Assembly: GCA_035762825.1 (NCBI GenBank)
Contig: DASUCI010000054.1
Coordinates: 1 to 54,654 of the forward strand
Reading direction: 5' to 3'
DNA: 54,654 nt
DNA from: Gaiellaceae bacterium
Lineage (GTDB): Bacteria; Actinomycetota; Thermoleophilia; Gaiellales; Gaiellaceae
How positions within the stretch are numbered: position 1 is the first letter of the stretch; every line of letters begins with the position of its first letter. Positions 27,097 through 35,781 of the stretch are shown in pieces. The notes under the pieces were generated by a model that worked only from the letters and a program-made list of their open reading frames with translations, was not told where the DNA came from and did not search any database. The translations under genes and the position numbers were made by a program.

Positions 27097-27755
27097 CGCG
27101 ACAGCACGAGCTCGTCGACGTAGAGGTGTGGCGTATGGATCGACTCCGGCTCGAGCTCGCCCGCTGGCACGATCTCTCCCACCTCGGCGATTGTCACCCG
27201 TGCGGCTGTCGCCATCAACGGGTTGAAGTTGCGCGCAGTGCGCCGGTACCAGAGGTTGCCGAGCTCGTCGCCGCGCGCCGCGTAGACGAGTGCGACGTCC
27301 GCGTGGATCGGCCGTTCGAGCACGTACGGGACGCCGTCGATGACTCGCTCCTCCTTGCCCTCCGCGAGCAGCGTCCCCGCGCCGACCGGCGTGAGGAAGC
27401 CGGCGATCCCGGCGCCGCCCGCGCGGATCGCCTCGGCGAACGTCCCCTGCGGCACGAGCGTCGCCTCGATCTCGCCTGCGTTCACGGCCGCAACCGCCTC
27501 CGGGTTCGAGGTGAAGTACGACGAGATGCCACGCTTGATCCGCCCTTGGCGGAGCAGCTTCCCCAGGCCCCGGCCCGGCTCGCCGATGTTGTTCGAGACG
27601 ATCGTCAGCTCGTCGGCGTCGGAGCTCTCGGCGAGGGCGTCGATGAGCGTGAGCGGCGCGCCGACGAGCCCGAACCCGCCGACCATGACGGTGTCGCCCG
27701 AGCTGATCGCCGACACTGCCTCATCGGGCTCGATGGGGCCGCTCGCAATCGGCAT
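27093..27755 (-). CDS. pcaI: 3-oxoadipate CoA-transferase subunit A
   Basis: 220 aa ([15 protein letters not shown]...ELTIVSNN...). Its stop overlaps the pcaJ start (ATGA). Confidence 0.85.
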   Translation of the reverse strand: MPIASGPIEPDEAVSAISSGDTVMVGGFGLVGAPLTLIDALAESSDADELTIVSNNIGEPGRGLGKLLRQGRIKRGISSYFTSNPEAVAAVNAGEIEATLVPQGTFAEAIRAGGAGIAGFLTPVGAGTLLAEGKEERVIDGVPYVLERPIHADVALVYAARGDELGNLWYRRTARNFNPLMATAARVTIAEVGEIVPAGELEPESIHTPHLYVDELVLSR

Positions 27756-27801
27756 CCCTCACACCCCTTTCGTCGCGAAATGCGAAGGAGACTACTAGCG
27801 C

Positions 27802-27875
27802 TTGTATGCAAACGTTGCGTGGTTGAGGGCCTGACGGGCGCCTGCTGGACGCAACACGGTCGGTGTTGTATACAT
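27802..27875. promoter_or_regulatory. two GntR-type (GT-N-AC) boxes in the pcaI / ABC divergent region
   Basis: TTGTATGCAA (27802..27811) and TTGTATACAT (27866..27875, containing the perfect palindrome TGTATACA) sit in the 265-nt, lower-GC intergenic region. Confidence 0.35.
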
Positions 27876-28020
27876 CGGCCGATGTCCTCGTGACGCGCAG
27901 GCGAGCCGCAGTGAGTGTTCCGGGTTCGCTGAACTTCCCAGAGCAGTGTGTCGTCAGAGGATCGACCGGACCGGAGAGCGGGCAGGCCTCGTTGGCAGGC
28001 TTGACGGAAGGAGGAGGGTC

Positions 28021-29259
28021 GTGAAGCGGTACAGAGCGATTGCGGCCGTGGGCGGCTTGGCGATGCTCACCGCCGTACTCAGCGGTTCGAGCGCGTACGG
28101 AGGTTCGAGCGCGTCCGCCCAGGGAAGCCCGATCAAGATCGGCGTGCTCACACCCCTGACAGCGAACTTCGCGCCCTGGGGGCTCCAGGTGCGCGCCGGG
28201 GCGGCGCTCGCAGTGAACGAGATCAACAGGTCGGGCGGCGTGAAGGGGCGCGGCCAGGGGCGGCGTCTCAACCTCGTCGTCGCCGACGACCAGTCCACGA
28301 ACACCACCGCGGCCGTCGACGGCTTCCGGCGGCTGACGCAGCAGGAGAACGTCGTGTCGGTCGGGGGCATCATCGGCAGCCCGATCGGGCTCGCGACGAC
28401 GCGACTCGCCGAAGAAGGGAAGATTCCGCTGTTCCTCGTGAAGTCGGGGAACAACGAGATCCTGACGCAGTCGAGCCGCTACACGTTCCGCACGTGCCTG
28501 CCCGCCGCCGCGACGGTCGCCCAGTCGGTCGTGCGCTTCGCGCAGCGACGTGAGATCAGGAGCGTCGGGGTGATGATCGCGGACTACGCGTGGGGGCAGT
28601 CCTTCAAGTCGTCGCTCGAGGATGCGGCCAAGTCCGTGTCGAACGTCAGGTTCAACGTCCAGGTTGCGCCCGTTCCGACGACCAACTTCACGCCGTACCT
28701 GCGTGCGTTCGGCGACGTCTCGTTGATCGTCGCGACAGGCCATCCGCCGGGAGCGCCGCTGGTTCTGGCGCAGGCTGGGCAGCTCGGCCTGAAGGCACCG
28801 GTGGTGGGCGCGGATGGGCCGTGGTCGCTGACTGCGAAGAGCACGACGACGTCGGCGTTCGGCCGCTACAGCGACTTCAAGTGCATGGCCTCCGCGAGCA
28901 AGCAGTACAAGGCCCTCGCCAAGCGCTACCTGCGGGCGTTCCCGCAGAACGAGTTCATGGAAGACGACGCGGTGGCGGGCTACGCGTACGTGAAGATCGT
29001 CGCGGAGGCGATCAGCAAGGTCGGCGTCAACCGGCAGAGGATCGCCGCCTACGTCCATGCCAACACGTTCAACATCCCCGGCCATGCGTGGCCGCTCAAG
29101 TGGACGGCGTGGGGCGAGATGATCGGGGCGCGACCGCAATACGCGATCCTGACCAAAGGCGCTCCACCCGAGGCCGGGCTGAATACCGCTTCGACCACGT
29201 TCTGGCCGAGAGTGATATTCAAGTCGCCAGCGCTGCCTGCGTACCGTCCGTCGTCGTAG
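28021..29259 (+). CDS. ABC transporter substrate-binding protein, LivK/Peripla_BP_6 type
   Basis: VKRYRAIAAVGGLAMLTAVLSGSSAYG is a signal peptide, followed by IKIGVLTPLTANFAPWG...GVKG... GTG 28021 is preceded by GGAAGGAGGAGG. Confidence 0.8.
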   Translation: MKRYRAIAAVGGLAMLTAVLSGSSAYGGSSASAQGSPIKIGVLTPLTANFAPWGLQVRAGAALAVNEINRSGGVKGRGQGRRLNLVVADDQSTNTTAAVDGFRRLTQQENVVSVGGIIGSPIGLATTRLAEEGKIPLFLVKSGNNEILTQSSRYTFRTCLPAAATVAQSVVRFAQRREIRSVGVMIADYAWGQSFKSSLEDAAKSVSNVRFNVQVAPVPTTNFTPYLRAFGDVSLIVATGHPPGAPLVLAQAGQLGLKAPVVGADGPWSLTAKSTTTSAFGRYSDFKCMASASKQYKALAKRYLRAFPQNEFMEDDAVAGYAYVKIVAEAISKVGVNRQRIAAYVHANTFNIPGHAWPLKWTAWGEMIGARPQYAILTKGAPPEAGLNTASTTFWPRVIFKSPALPAYRPSS

Positions 29260-29275
29260 CCCGTGGAGGCCGAAT

Positions 29276-30010
29276 CTGCTCCTCGAGGTTGACGCGGTCA
29301 CCAAACGCTTCGGCGGTCTGCCGGCCGTCGACGGCGTGACGTTCGCGATCGACGACGGCGACATCGTCGCCGTCGTCGGTCCGAACGGGGCCGGGAAGAG
29401 CACGCTCTTGAAGCTCATCGTCGGACTGGAGCGGCCGACTGCCGGCACCGTCCTGCTGGGCGGCGATCGGATCGACGGGCTCACCGCCCATCAGATCCGG
29501 CGCAAGGGAATCGCATTGGCCATGCAACGACCGCTTCCGTTCGGCTCGATGACGGTCCTCGAGAACGCCGTCGTGGGCGCCATGTTCGGCGTCGGGCACG
29601 GCGTCCTGAGCGAGCGGGAGGCGAGACGGCGGGCGACCGAGGCCTTGGCCGTCGTCGGACTGGAGGAGCGAGCCGGTCGGCCGGTGTCGAGCCTGAACCT
29701 CCACCAGCAGCGATTCCTCGAGATGGCGAAGGCGCTGGCGGGCGAACCGAAGGTGCTGCTGCTCGACGAGGTGATGGCGGGTCTCAACGAGGCGGAGCTG
29801 GCGCACTCCGTCGCCATCGTTCGAAGCGTCCGCGACACCCTCGGGACGGCGATCCTCTGGGTCGAGCACGTGATGAGTGCCGTGATTCAGCTCGCCGAAC
29901 GCGCGATCGTCCTGAACTTCGGTCAGGTCCTGGCGGACGGCGAGCCCGGCGTCGTCATGCGGGACCCCCAGGTAGTCGACGCGTACCTCGGTCAGGCTCG
30001 CGTTGCTTGA
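29276..30010 (+). CDS. ABC transporter ATP-binding protein (LivG-like)
   Basis: Walker A GPNGAGKST, LSGG-like region and Walker B LLLDEV. The conserved N-terminus LLLEVDAVTKRFGGLPAVDG lies upstream of the track start (GTG 29336). The only near-cognate start is CTG 29276, 6 nt after GGAGG. Confidence 0.7.
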   Translation: MLLEVDAVTKRFGGLPAVDGVTFAIDDGDIVAVVGPNGAGKSTLLKLIVGLERPTAGTVLLGGDRIDGLTAHQIRRKGIALAMQRPLPFGSMTVLENAVVGAMFGVGHGVLSEREARRRATEALAVVGLEERAGRPVSSLNLHQQRFLEMAKALAGEPKVLLLDEVMAGLNEAELAHSVAIVRSVRDTLGTAILWVEHVMSAVIQLAERAIVLNFGQVLADGEPGVVMRDPQVVDAYLGQARVA

Positions 30011-30701
30011 GGTCGCCGGGCTGGCAGCCGGGTATCTCGGCGAGCGGGTCATCGACGGCATCGACATCGAAGTTCGGACGGGTGAGGCGGTCGTGGTCTT
30101 CGGCTCGAACGGCGCGGGAAAGACCACGCTCTTCCGGGCCATTGCCGGGCTCCTCCCGCGAATGGCGGGTCGCGTGGTCCTCGACGGCAAGGACCTGACG
30201 CGTAGTCCCGCCCACCGCATCTCACGCACGGGGATCGCGTACGTCCCGGCGGAACGGCACCTGTTCCCGGCGATGACCGTGAAGTCCAACCTGGTACTGG
30301 GCGCGTATCCCCGCCGTGCCGACCGGGACACGCTGGCGCTGGTGTACGACCTCTTCCCGCGGTTGCGGGAGCGGCACCGCCAGCATGCGGGAACCCTGAG
30401 CGGCGGGGAGCAGCAGATGCTTGCCGTGGGTCGTGCGCTCATGGCGAAGCCCAGGTTGCTCATGCTCGACGAGCCCACGACCGGACTGGCGCCGAAGATC
30501 GCGCAGGCCGCGTTCGAGGCACTCGCGGGTCTCAAGGAAGGGGGGATGACCCTGCTCATCGCGGAGCAGCAAGTGCCCCTGGCTCTCTCGGTGGCAGACC
30601 GCGGCTATGTGCTCGAGAACGGCCGGATCCGACTCGAAGGAACCTCCGACCAGCTAGCGCACAACCCTGAGGTCCGACGCGCCTACCTCGGCGTCGCATG
30701 A
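30003..30701 (+). CDS. ABC transporter ATP-binding protein (LivF-like)
   Basis: GSNGAGKTT, LSGGEQQML, LLMLDEP. TTG start at 30003. Confidence 0.85.
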   Translation: MLEVAGLAAGYLGERVIDGIDIEVRTGEAVVVFGSNGAGKTTLFRAIAGLLPRMAGRVVLDGKDLTRSPAHRISRTGIAYVPAERHLFPAMTVKSNLVLGAYPRRADRDTLALVYDLFPRLRERHRQHAGTLSGGEQQMLAVGRALMAKPRLLMLDEPTTGLAPKIAQAAFEALAGLKEGGMTLLIAEQQVPLALSVADRGYVLENGRIRLEGTSDQLAHNPEVRRAYLGVA

Positions 30702-31549
30702 AGGCGGTCGTCCTCGATGGGATCGTGCTCGGCCTGGCCTTCGGACTGCTCGGAGTCGGGATGACGCTCGTCTACGGGCTCGGCGGTGTCATCAACCTCG
30801 CGTACGGCCAGATCGTGATCGCCGCCGCGATCGTCGCCTCATTGGTCATCGAGAGAGGTGAGTCCCAGGCAGTGGCGGCTGGCGTCGGCGTGCTGGCCGC
30901 AGTCGGCCTTAGCGTCCTGCTGGATCTCACCTTGATGCGTCCTGTCTATCGCCAGCACGGCGAAGAGCGGACGCTCTTAGGCCTCCTACTGACGCTCGGT
31001 GCGGCGTTCGTCATCGGGGGCCTCCTCGCCTGGCGCTATCCCGCCGGCGCGTTGTACATCTACGTCGGCGGGGACCCGATCTCGGTCATCGGCGTCCCGA
31101 TGTCCGTGGGCAGCATCTGGGCCTCGGCCATCGCGCTCGTCGTGGCGGCGGTCCTCCTCGTGTTCTTCGGCGCCACCACCTTCGGGCGCGGCGTCCGCTC
31201 CGTGATCCAGGACGAGACGGGCGCGAGGCTCGTCGGCATCAACCCGTCGTTCGTCCGCACGGTCATCTTCGCGCTGAGCGGCGCGCTCGCCGGCGTGGTC
31301 GCCATCGCGCAGTCCATGACCGGGCCGCTGACGGTCAATGCGGGCTTCGAGCTCACGACGTTCGCGCTGATCGTGACCGTCGTCGGAGGCCTCGGGAGTG
31401 TCGCGGGAGCGTTCCTCGCGGGCGTGCTTCTGGGCGTGGTGAACGCGCTGAGCGCCCACTACATCGGGCAGTACATCACCACCATCGTCCTCCTCGGTGC
31501 AGCTGCCCTGACGATCCTCATCCGACCTCGAGGGCTGCTCGGCCGATGA
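30698..31549 (+). CDS. branched-chain-type ABC permease (LivH-like)
   Basis: 283 aa with 8 predicted TM segments (GLGGVINLAYGQ). The start overlaps the upstream stop. Confidence 0.8.
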   Translation: MKAVVLDGIVLGLAFGLLGVGMTLVYGLGGVINLAYGQIVIAAAIVASLVIERGESQAVAAGVGVLAAVGLSVLLDLTLMRPVYRQHGEERTLLGLLLTLGAAFVIGGLLAWRYPAGALYIYVGGDPISVIGVPMSVGSIWASAIALVVAAVLLVFFGATTFGRGVRSVIQDETGARLVGINPSFVRTVIFALSGALAGVVAIAQSMTGPLTVNAGFELTTFALIVTVVGGLGSVAGAFLAGVLLGVVNALSAHYIGQYITTIVLLGAAALTILIRPRGLLGR

Positions 31550-32574
31550 CCGAGACGCGGACGGCGGGCGGCTCGCGGCGGCTCGGGAGTATGGGCTGGG
31601 CGTTCCTGCCCATCGTCGTCACGGCGGCGTTCCTCGCCGTCCTTCCGCCCGTCTGGTTCGGTGACTCGCCGTACACGACGTCGTTGGCCGTCCAGGCGCT
31701 CGTGTTCGCCTCGTACGGCGTGGGCTTCAACCTCATCTTCGGGAGCACGAACCAGCTCTTCCTCTGCGTCGGCGCCCTGGCCGGAGTCGGCGGCTACGGC
31801 GCGGGCATCCTCGCGAACGAAAGCTCGCTACCGATGGCGGCGGGCGTGGCCGTGGGAACGGCGAGCGCGGCGATCGTGGGCGGTCTGCTGAGCTGGATCG
31901 CGGTGCGGCGGTCGCTCGGGATCATCTTCACCGGCATCGTCACGCTCGTCTTCTCGCTCGGGTTCGCGAACCTGCTGCTCGGCCAGCGCGACCTGACGGG
32001 ATCCGAGACGGGTCTCATCGTGGACGGGGTCCCCGCCGAGCTGGCTGACGACAGCGTCGGCGGCTACTACCTCTTCGCGGGTCTCCTCGTCGCGTTCCTG
32101 ATCGTCTTCCGGGCTCTCCAGCTGTCGCACGTCGGCTGGGCGTTCCGCGCCTTGCGCGACGACGAGGTGGCCGCGGAGCTGGCGGGCGTGAACGTCTCCC
32201 GCTACCGGATCTATGCGGCGACCGTGGGCTCGGCGATGATCGGCCTCACCGGCGCTCTCCTCGCCTACAGTGCGGGCTTCATCAGCCCGGCGACGTACAG
32301 CTTCGACCGCGTGGACGTGCGCGTTCTCGTGATGGTCGCGTTCGGAGGTCTCGGTACCCTGCTCGGCCCGGTCATCGGCGCGGGAGTGTTCGCGATCCTG
32401 GACGAGCAGCTGACGGCCAGCCTCGAGCTGCGCGAGGTCCTGTACGGCGCGTTCGTCATCACGATCTTCCTGTTCTTCAGGCGCGGTGTCGTACAGGCGT
32501 TCGTCTCATTCTTCGACCGCTTTGTCCGCTCTGGCCGACGCACCCAGCCAAACGTGCAATCGTCACGAGAGTAG
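31546..32574 (+). CDS. branched-chain-type ABC permease (LivM-like)
   Basis: 342 aa and multi-TM (GFNLIFGSTNQLFLCVGALAGVGGY). The start overlaps the upstream stop. Confidence 0.8.
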   Translation: MTETRTAGGSRRLGSMGWAFLPIVVTAAFLAVLPPVWFGDSPYTTSLAVQALVFASYGVGFNLIFGSTNQLFLCVGALAGVGGYGAGILANESSLPMAAGVAVGTASAAIVGGLLSWIAVRRSLGIIFTGIVTLVFSLGFANLLLGQRDLTGSETGLIVDGVPAELADDSVGGYYLFAGLLVAFLIVFRALQLSHVGWAFRALRDDEVAAELAGVNVSRYRIYAATVGSAMIGLTGALLAYSAGFISPATYSFDRVDVRVLVMVAFGGLGTLLGPVIGAGVFAILDEQLTASLELREVLYGAFVITIFLFFRRGVVQAFVSFFDRFVRSGRRTQPNVQSSRE

Positions 32575-32586
32575 GAGTCGACGACC

Positions 32587-33336
32587 GTGCCACGCGGGAA
32601 CCACCCGAACTCACAGACGACGAAGGCGACGCTCGGGCTCCGGGAGCTCCTGCTCAACGGCGCCTTCCAGCCCCGAGAACGTGTTCCCGAGCTGCGCCTG
32701 GTCGAGGAGCTCGGCGTCTCGCGGACGCCACTGCGGATCGCACTCATGACGCTCGAGCACGAAGGGCTCCTCGAAACGCTCCCGGGCGGCGGCTTCGTCG
32801 TGCGCGAGTTCACGCGCAGCGACATCGACGACGCGATCGAGCTGCGCGGCGTGCTCGAGGGCACGGCTGCACGCCTCGCGGCGGAGAGGCTGGACTCGGA
32901 CGACGAGCTCGAGCCCTTGCGGGAGCTGTGCCGGGAGATGGATGGTGTCGTCCGCGCGCCGAGCATCGAGACGTTCATGGAGTACGTCCGCCTGAACGAG
33001 GAGTTCCACCACGGGTTCCGCGACCTGGCGAAGAGCCCGCAGCTCGACCGGACGCTCGAGCACGTGCTCGCCCTCCCCTTCGGGCCGCCGAGCGCCCTGC
33101 TGATGACGGTCCACGCAGCGCTTCCGGAGTCGTGGGAGATCTTCCTGGTCGCCCAGCACCAGCATGTCGCGCTCGTCGAGGCGATCGGACGGGGCGAAGC
33201 CTCGCGGGCGGAGGACATCGCGCGTGAGCACGCACGCATCGCGCGTCGGAACCTCGACATCGCGCTCGAGAACCGGGACCTCCTCGAGCGTCTTCCCGGG
33301 TCGACGCTGCTGCGCCTTCCGGCTGCTGCCTCCTGA
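32587..33336 (+). CDS. GntR family transcriptional regulator (FadR/FCD subfamily)
   Basis: wHTH (ELRLVEELGVSRTPLRIALMTLEHEGLL) plus an all-helical FCD domain (NEEFHHGF...QHQHVALVEAI). GTG lies 13 nt after the permease stop. Confidence 0.85.
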   Translation: MPRGNHPNSQTTKATLGLRELLLNGAFQPRERVPELRLVEELGVSRTPLRIALMTLEHEGLLETLPGGGFVVREFTRSDIDDAIELRGVLEGTAARLAAERLDSDDELEPLRELCREMDGVVRAPSIETFMEYVRLNEEFHHGFRDLAKSPQLDRTLEHVLALPFGPPSALLMTVHAALPESWEIFLVAQHQHVALVEAIGRGEASRAEDIAREHARIARRNLDIALENRDLLERLPGSTLLRLPAAAS

Positions 33337-33341
33337 AGGGC

Positions 33342-34316
33342 ATGCCGCCCGAGGCCGAGACCGACCGGCTCGAGAGCACTGCGCACGTGAGGCCCATGCG
33401 GGCCGACGATCTCGAGGCTGCTGACCGTGTCCTGAGGATTGCTTTCGGGACGATTCGAGGGCTTCCCGATCCGAGTGCCGCGTTCGGGGACGCGGACTAC
33501 GTGCATACGCGGTTTCGTGCCGCGCCGGAATGTGCCTGGGTGGCCGAGGTCGACGGCGCTGTCGTCGGCTCCGTGTTCGCGGCGCGCTGGGGCTCGTTCG
33601 GCTTCTTCGGACCTCTCAGCGTCGATCCCGGCCTCTGGGATCGCGGGGTCGGGAGTCGATTGCTGCAGCCCGTCCTCGAAGCCTTCGCGAGCTGGGACGT
33701 CCGTCAGGCCGGGCTCTTCACCTTCGCGGACAGCGCGAAGCATCTCGGCCTGTACCAGAAGCACGGCTTCTGGCCGGGACCTCTCACGGCGGTGACCGCG
33801 AAGGCGGTCGGCCCCACGGCGCCGGCCCCGTACGCGCTCGTCGCGAACGAGCTGGAGAACCGGCAGGGCGTCGTGCTCGACGAGATCCGCACCCTGACGG
33901 ATCAGGTCTGCGCCGGGCTCGACCTCGGCCGCGAGATCCTCGCGGTCGACGAGCAGCGGATCGGCGACACCCTTCTCGTGCGGCGCGACGGGACCTTGGA
34001 GGCGTTGGCCGTGTGCCACGCCGGGGCGAGGAGCGAGGCGGGCAGCGGCACCTGCTACGTCAAGTTCGCGGCGGTTCGCCCCGCCGGGGACGCACCGGCG
34101 CGGTTCGAGCGGCTGCTCGACGCCTGCGAGGCGTACGCGGCGGAATCAGGACTGGGCCGTCTCGTCGCGGGTGTGAACACGGGCCGTCTCCACGCGTACC
34201 GCGACCTCCTTGCCCACGGCTTTCGCATCGAGCAGACCGGCGTCTCGATGTGGCTGCACCCCGAGCGCCCGCACTTCCACACGCCTGCGCACTACGTGCT
34301 CGACGACCTCCGCTGA
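33342..34316 (+). CDS. GNAT family N-acetyltransferase, two-domain
   Basis: The N-terminal GNAT core is (VVGSVFAARWGSFGFFGPLSVDPGLWDRGVGSRLL). The C-terminal half is uncharacterised. Confidence 0.6.
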   Translation: MPPEAETDRLESTAHVRPMRADDLEAADRVLRIAFGTIRGLPDPSAAFGDADYVHTRFRAAPECAWVAEVDGAVVGSVFAARWGSFGFFGPLSVDPGLWDRGVGSRLLQPVLEAFASWDVRQAGLFTFADSAKHLGLYQKHGFWPGPLTAVTAKAVGPTAPAPYALVANELENRQGVVLDEIRTLTDQVCAGLDLGREILAVDEQRIGDTLLVRRDGTLEALAVCHAGARSEAGSGTCYVKFAAVRPAGDAPARFERLLDACEAYAAESGLGRLVAGVNTGRLHAYRDLLAHGFRIEQTGVSMWLHPERPHFHTPAHYVLDDLR

Positions 34317-34344
34317 CGGCGCCGGCTTCGGGTCGGCACGAGCC

Positions 34345-35739
34345 TCAGCTCACTGCGGCCTCCGTGCGCCACCCCTCGTGGTACGAGCTGCGTGCGACCT
34401 CGGAGTACGGGCAGGGGCTCACGATGGCGCGGATCTCCACCTGTCGGTGGCGCTCGACCACCGGCTTCGAGGACCCGCCGTCCTCCTCGCCCCAGACGAG
34501 AGTCAGCTCGGCGCCGATCTCCACGTCCACGTCGACCATCGCGAGCGAGAGGTACGAGCGCTCGTTGTAGCTGTACCCGGAGAACGTCGAGACGCCGACC
34601 GGCTCGCCGTCTCGGAGCACCTTGTCGTACGGCCACGTGGAGTAGTTCGAGAGCGGGATGTCGATGTACTTCGCGGGATCCCCCTTCTCGAAGAGCGAGC
34701 CCATGGCGTGCGCGACGTCCTCGCCGTTCCACGCGAGCGTGACCTTCTTCCGGCGCGGCCGGTCGGCCATCTCGAGGAGCGCCTCCCGCCCGACGAAGTC
34801 GTGGTCGAACTTCACGAACGGCCAGTACCCGAGGTCGTGCGGAGTGAGGTAGTAGTCCTCGATGTCGTCGGAGACGAAGCTGCCTCCGAGTGAGCCCGTA
34901 CCCTCGTACCCGTCGGCCGGCAGCCACTCGCGGTAGGCCCTCAGCTCCTCGCCGGTGAAGACGGCCGGGAGCGGGCACGGGATCCACCCCGACTCGAGCG
35001 TGTTGGTCGCGTACACGCGTGAGCCGACCTGGCGCAGCCCGAAGTCCCTGCCGGCCTCGACGATCGCGCCTCTCACGTCCTCACGCTCGGCCCATGGGCC
35101 CCAGAGCTCGAGCCCGGGCACGCCCGACATCCCGTGATGGAGCGCGCGCACCTTCCGCCCGCCGATCGTGAGCTCGCCCATGTTGAAGAACTTGATCTCG
35201 GGGAGGGGCCCGCCGTTCGCTCTCTCCAGCACCTGCATCGCCGTCGGCCCCTGGACCTGGAAGCGGAAGAGCTCGCGCCCGCCCGTCGGGTTGACTGCGG
35301 TTCGCTCGTCCCTCGAGACCTGCACGTCGTAGCCGCCCGTCTCAGCGTGGTACTGCACCCAGTTGTGCGCGGAGGGGCGTCCCACGAGCCGCGCCGTGTG
35401 GTCGTCCAGGTGGAAGAGGATCGCGTCTCCGATGACGTAGCCGTCGGGGTTGCACACGACGAGCTGCTTAGCCTTGTTCACCGCGAAGTTCTCGAAGGTG
35501 TTGACGCCGACATTGGAGAGGAGCTCGATCGTGCCCGGGCCCTCGATCTGGAGGTCCAGCATGTGGTGCGACTGGTCGAAGAGCGCGGACGTCTCACGCC
35601 AGGCCACCTGTTCGTCCCGCCAGTTCGAGAACTCGCTCGGCACCGCCGGGTAGACGTAGGGCCCTATCTGCGAGTTGCGCGCCATCTCCACGGCGCTGCC
35701 AACGGCCTGGAGCTTCTCGTCGAGGTTTCCATACGCCAT
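34345..35739 (-). CDS. tetrahydrofolate-dependent aryl O-demethylase, LigM/DesA-like (GcvT aminomethyltransferase fold)
   Basis: 464 aa, collinear from memory with Sphingobium LigM: VEMARNSQIGPYVYP..PSEFSNWRDEQ.AWR, FRFQVQGP, NTLESGWIPCPLPAVFTGEELRAYREWLPA, FVKFDHDFVGREAL, RKKVTLAWNGEDV, VSPCPYS. Confidence 0.85.
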   Translation of the reverse strand: MAYGNLDEKLQAVGSAVEMARNSQIGPYVYPAVPSEFSNWRDEQVAWRETSALFDQSHHMLDLQIEGPGTIELLSNVGVNTFENFAVNKAKQLVVCNPDGYVIGDAILFHLDDHTARLVGRPSAHNWVQYHAETGGYDVQVSRDERTAVNPTGGRELFRFQVQGPTAMQVLERANGGPLPEIKFFNMGELTIGGRKVRALHHGMSGVPGLELWGPWAEREDVRGAIVEAGRDFGLRQVGSRVYATNTLESGWIPCPLPAVFTGEELRAYREWLPADGYEGTGSLGGSFVSDDIEDYYLTPHDLGYWPFVKFDHDFVGREALLEMADRPRRKKVTLAWNGEDVAHAMGSLFEKGDPAKYIDIPLSNYSTWPYDKVLRDGEPVGVSTFSGYSYNERSYLSLAMVDVDVEIGAELTLVWGEEDGGSSKPVVERHRQVEIRAIVSPCPYSEVARSSYHEGWRTEAAVS

Positions 35740-35781
35740 CTCTGCCAGCCTCCTCTCCGTCGGGGCTTCCGCCCTTGCCGA

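Noticed and set aside
27721-30559. 587-aa and 446-aa minus-strand ORFs antisense to the SBP and ATPase genes.
   Set aside because: They have shadow-ORF composition. The plus-strand genes carry Walker and SBP signatures and operon-style overlaps.
32265-34019. 584-aa minus-strand ORF spanning the permease end, GntR and GNAT genes.
   Set aside because: It crosses three well-supported plus-strand genes and is low-complexity Ser/Arg/Pro-rich sequence.
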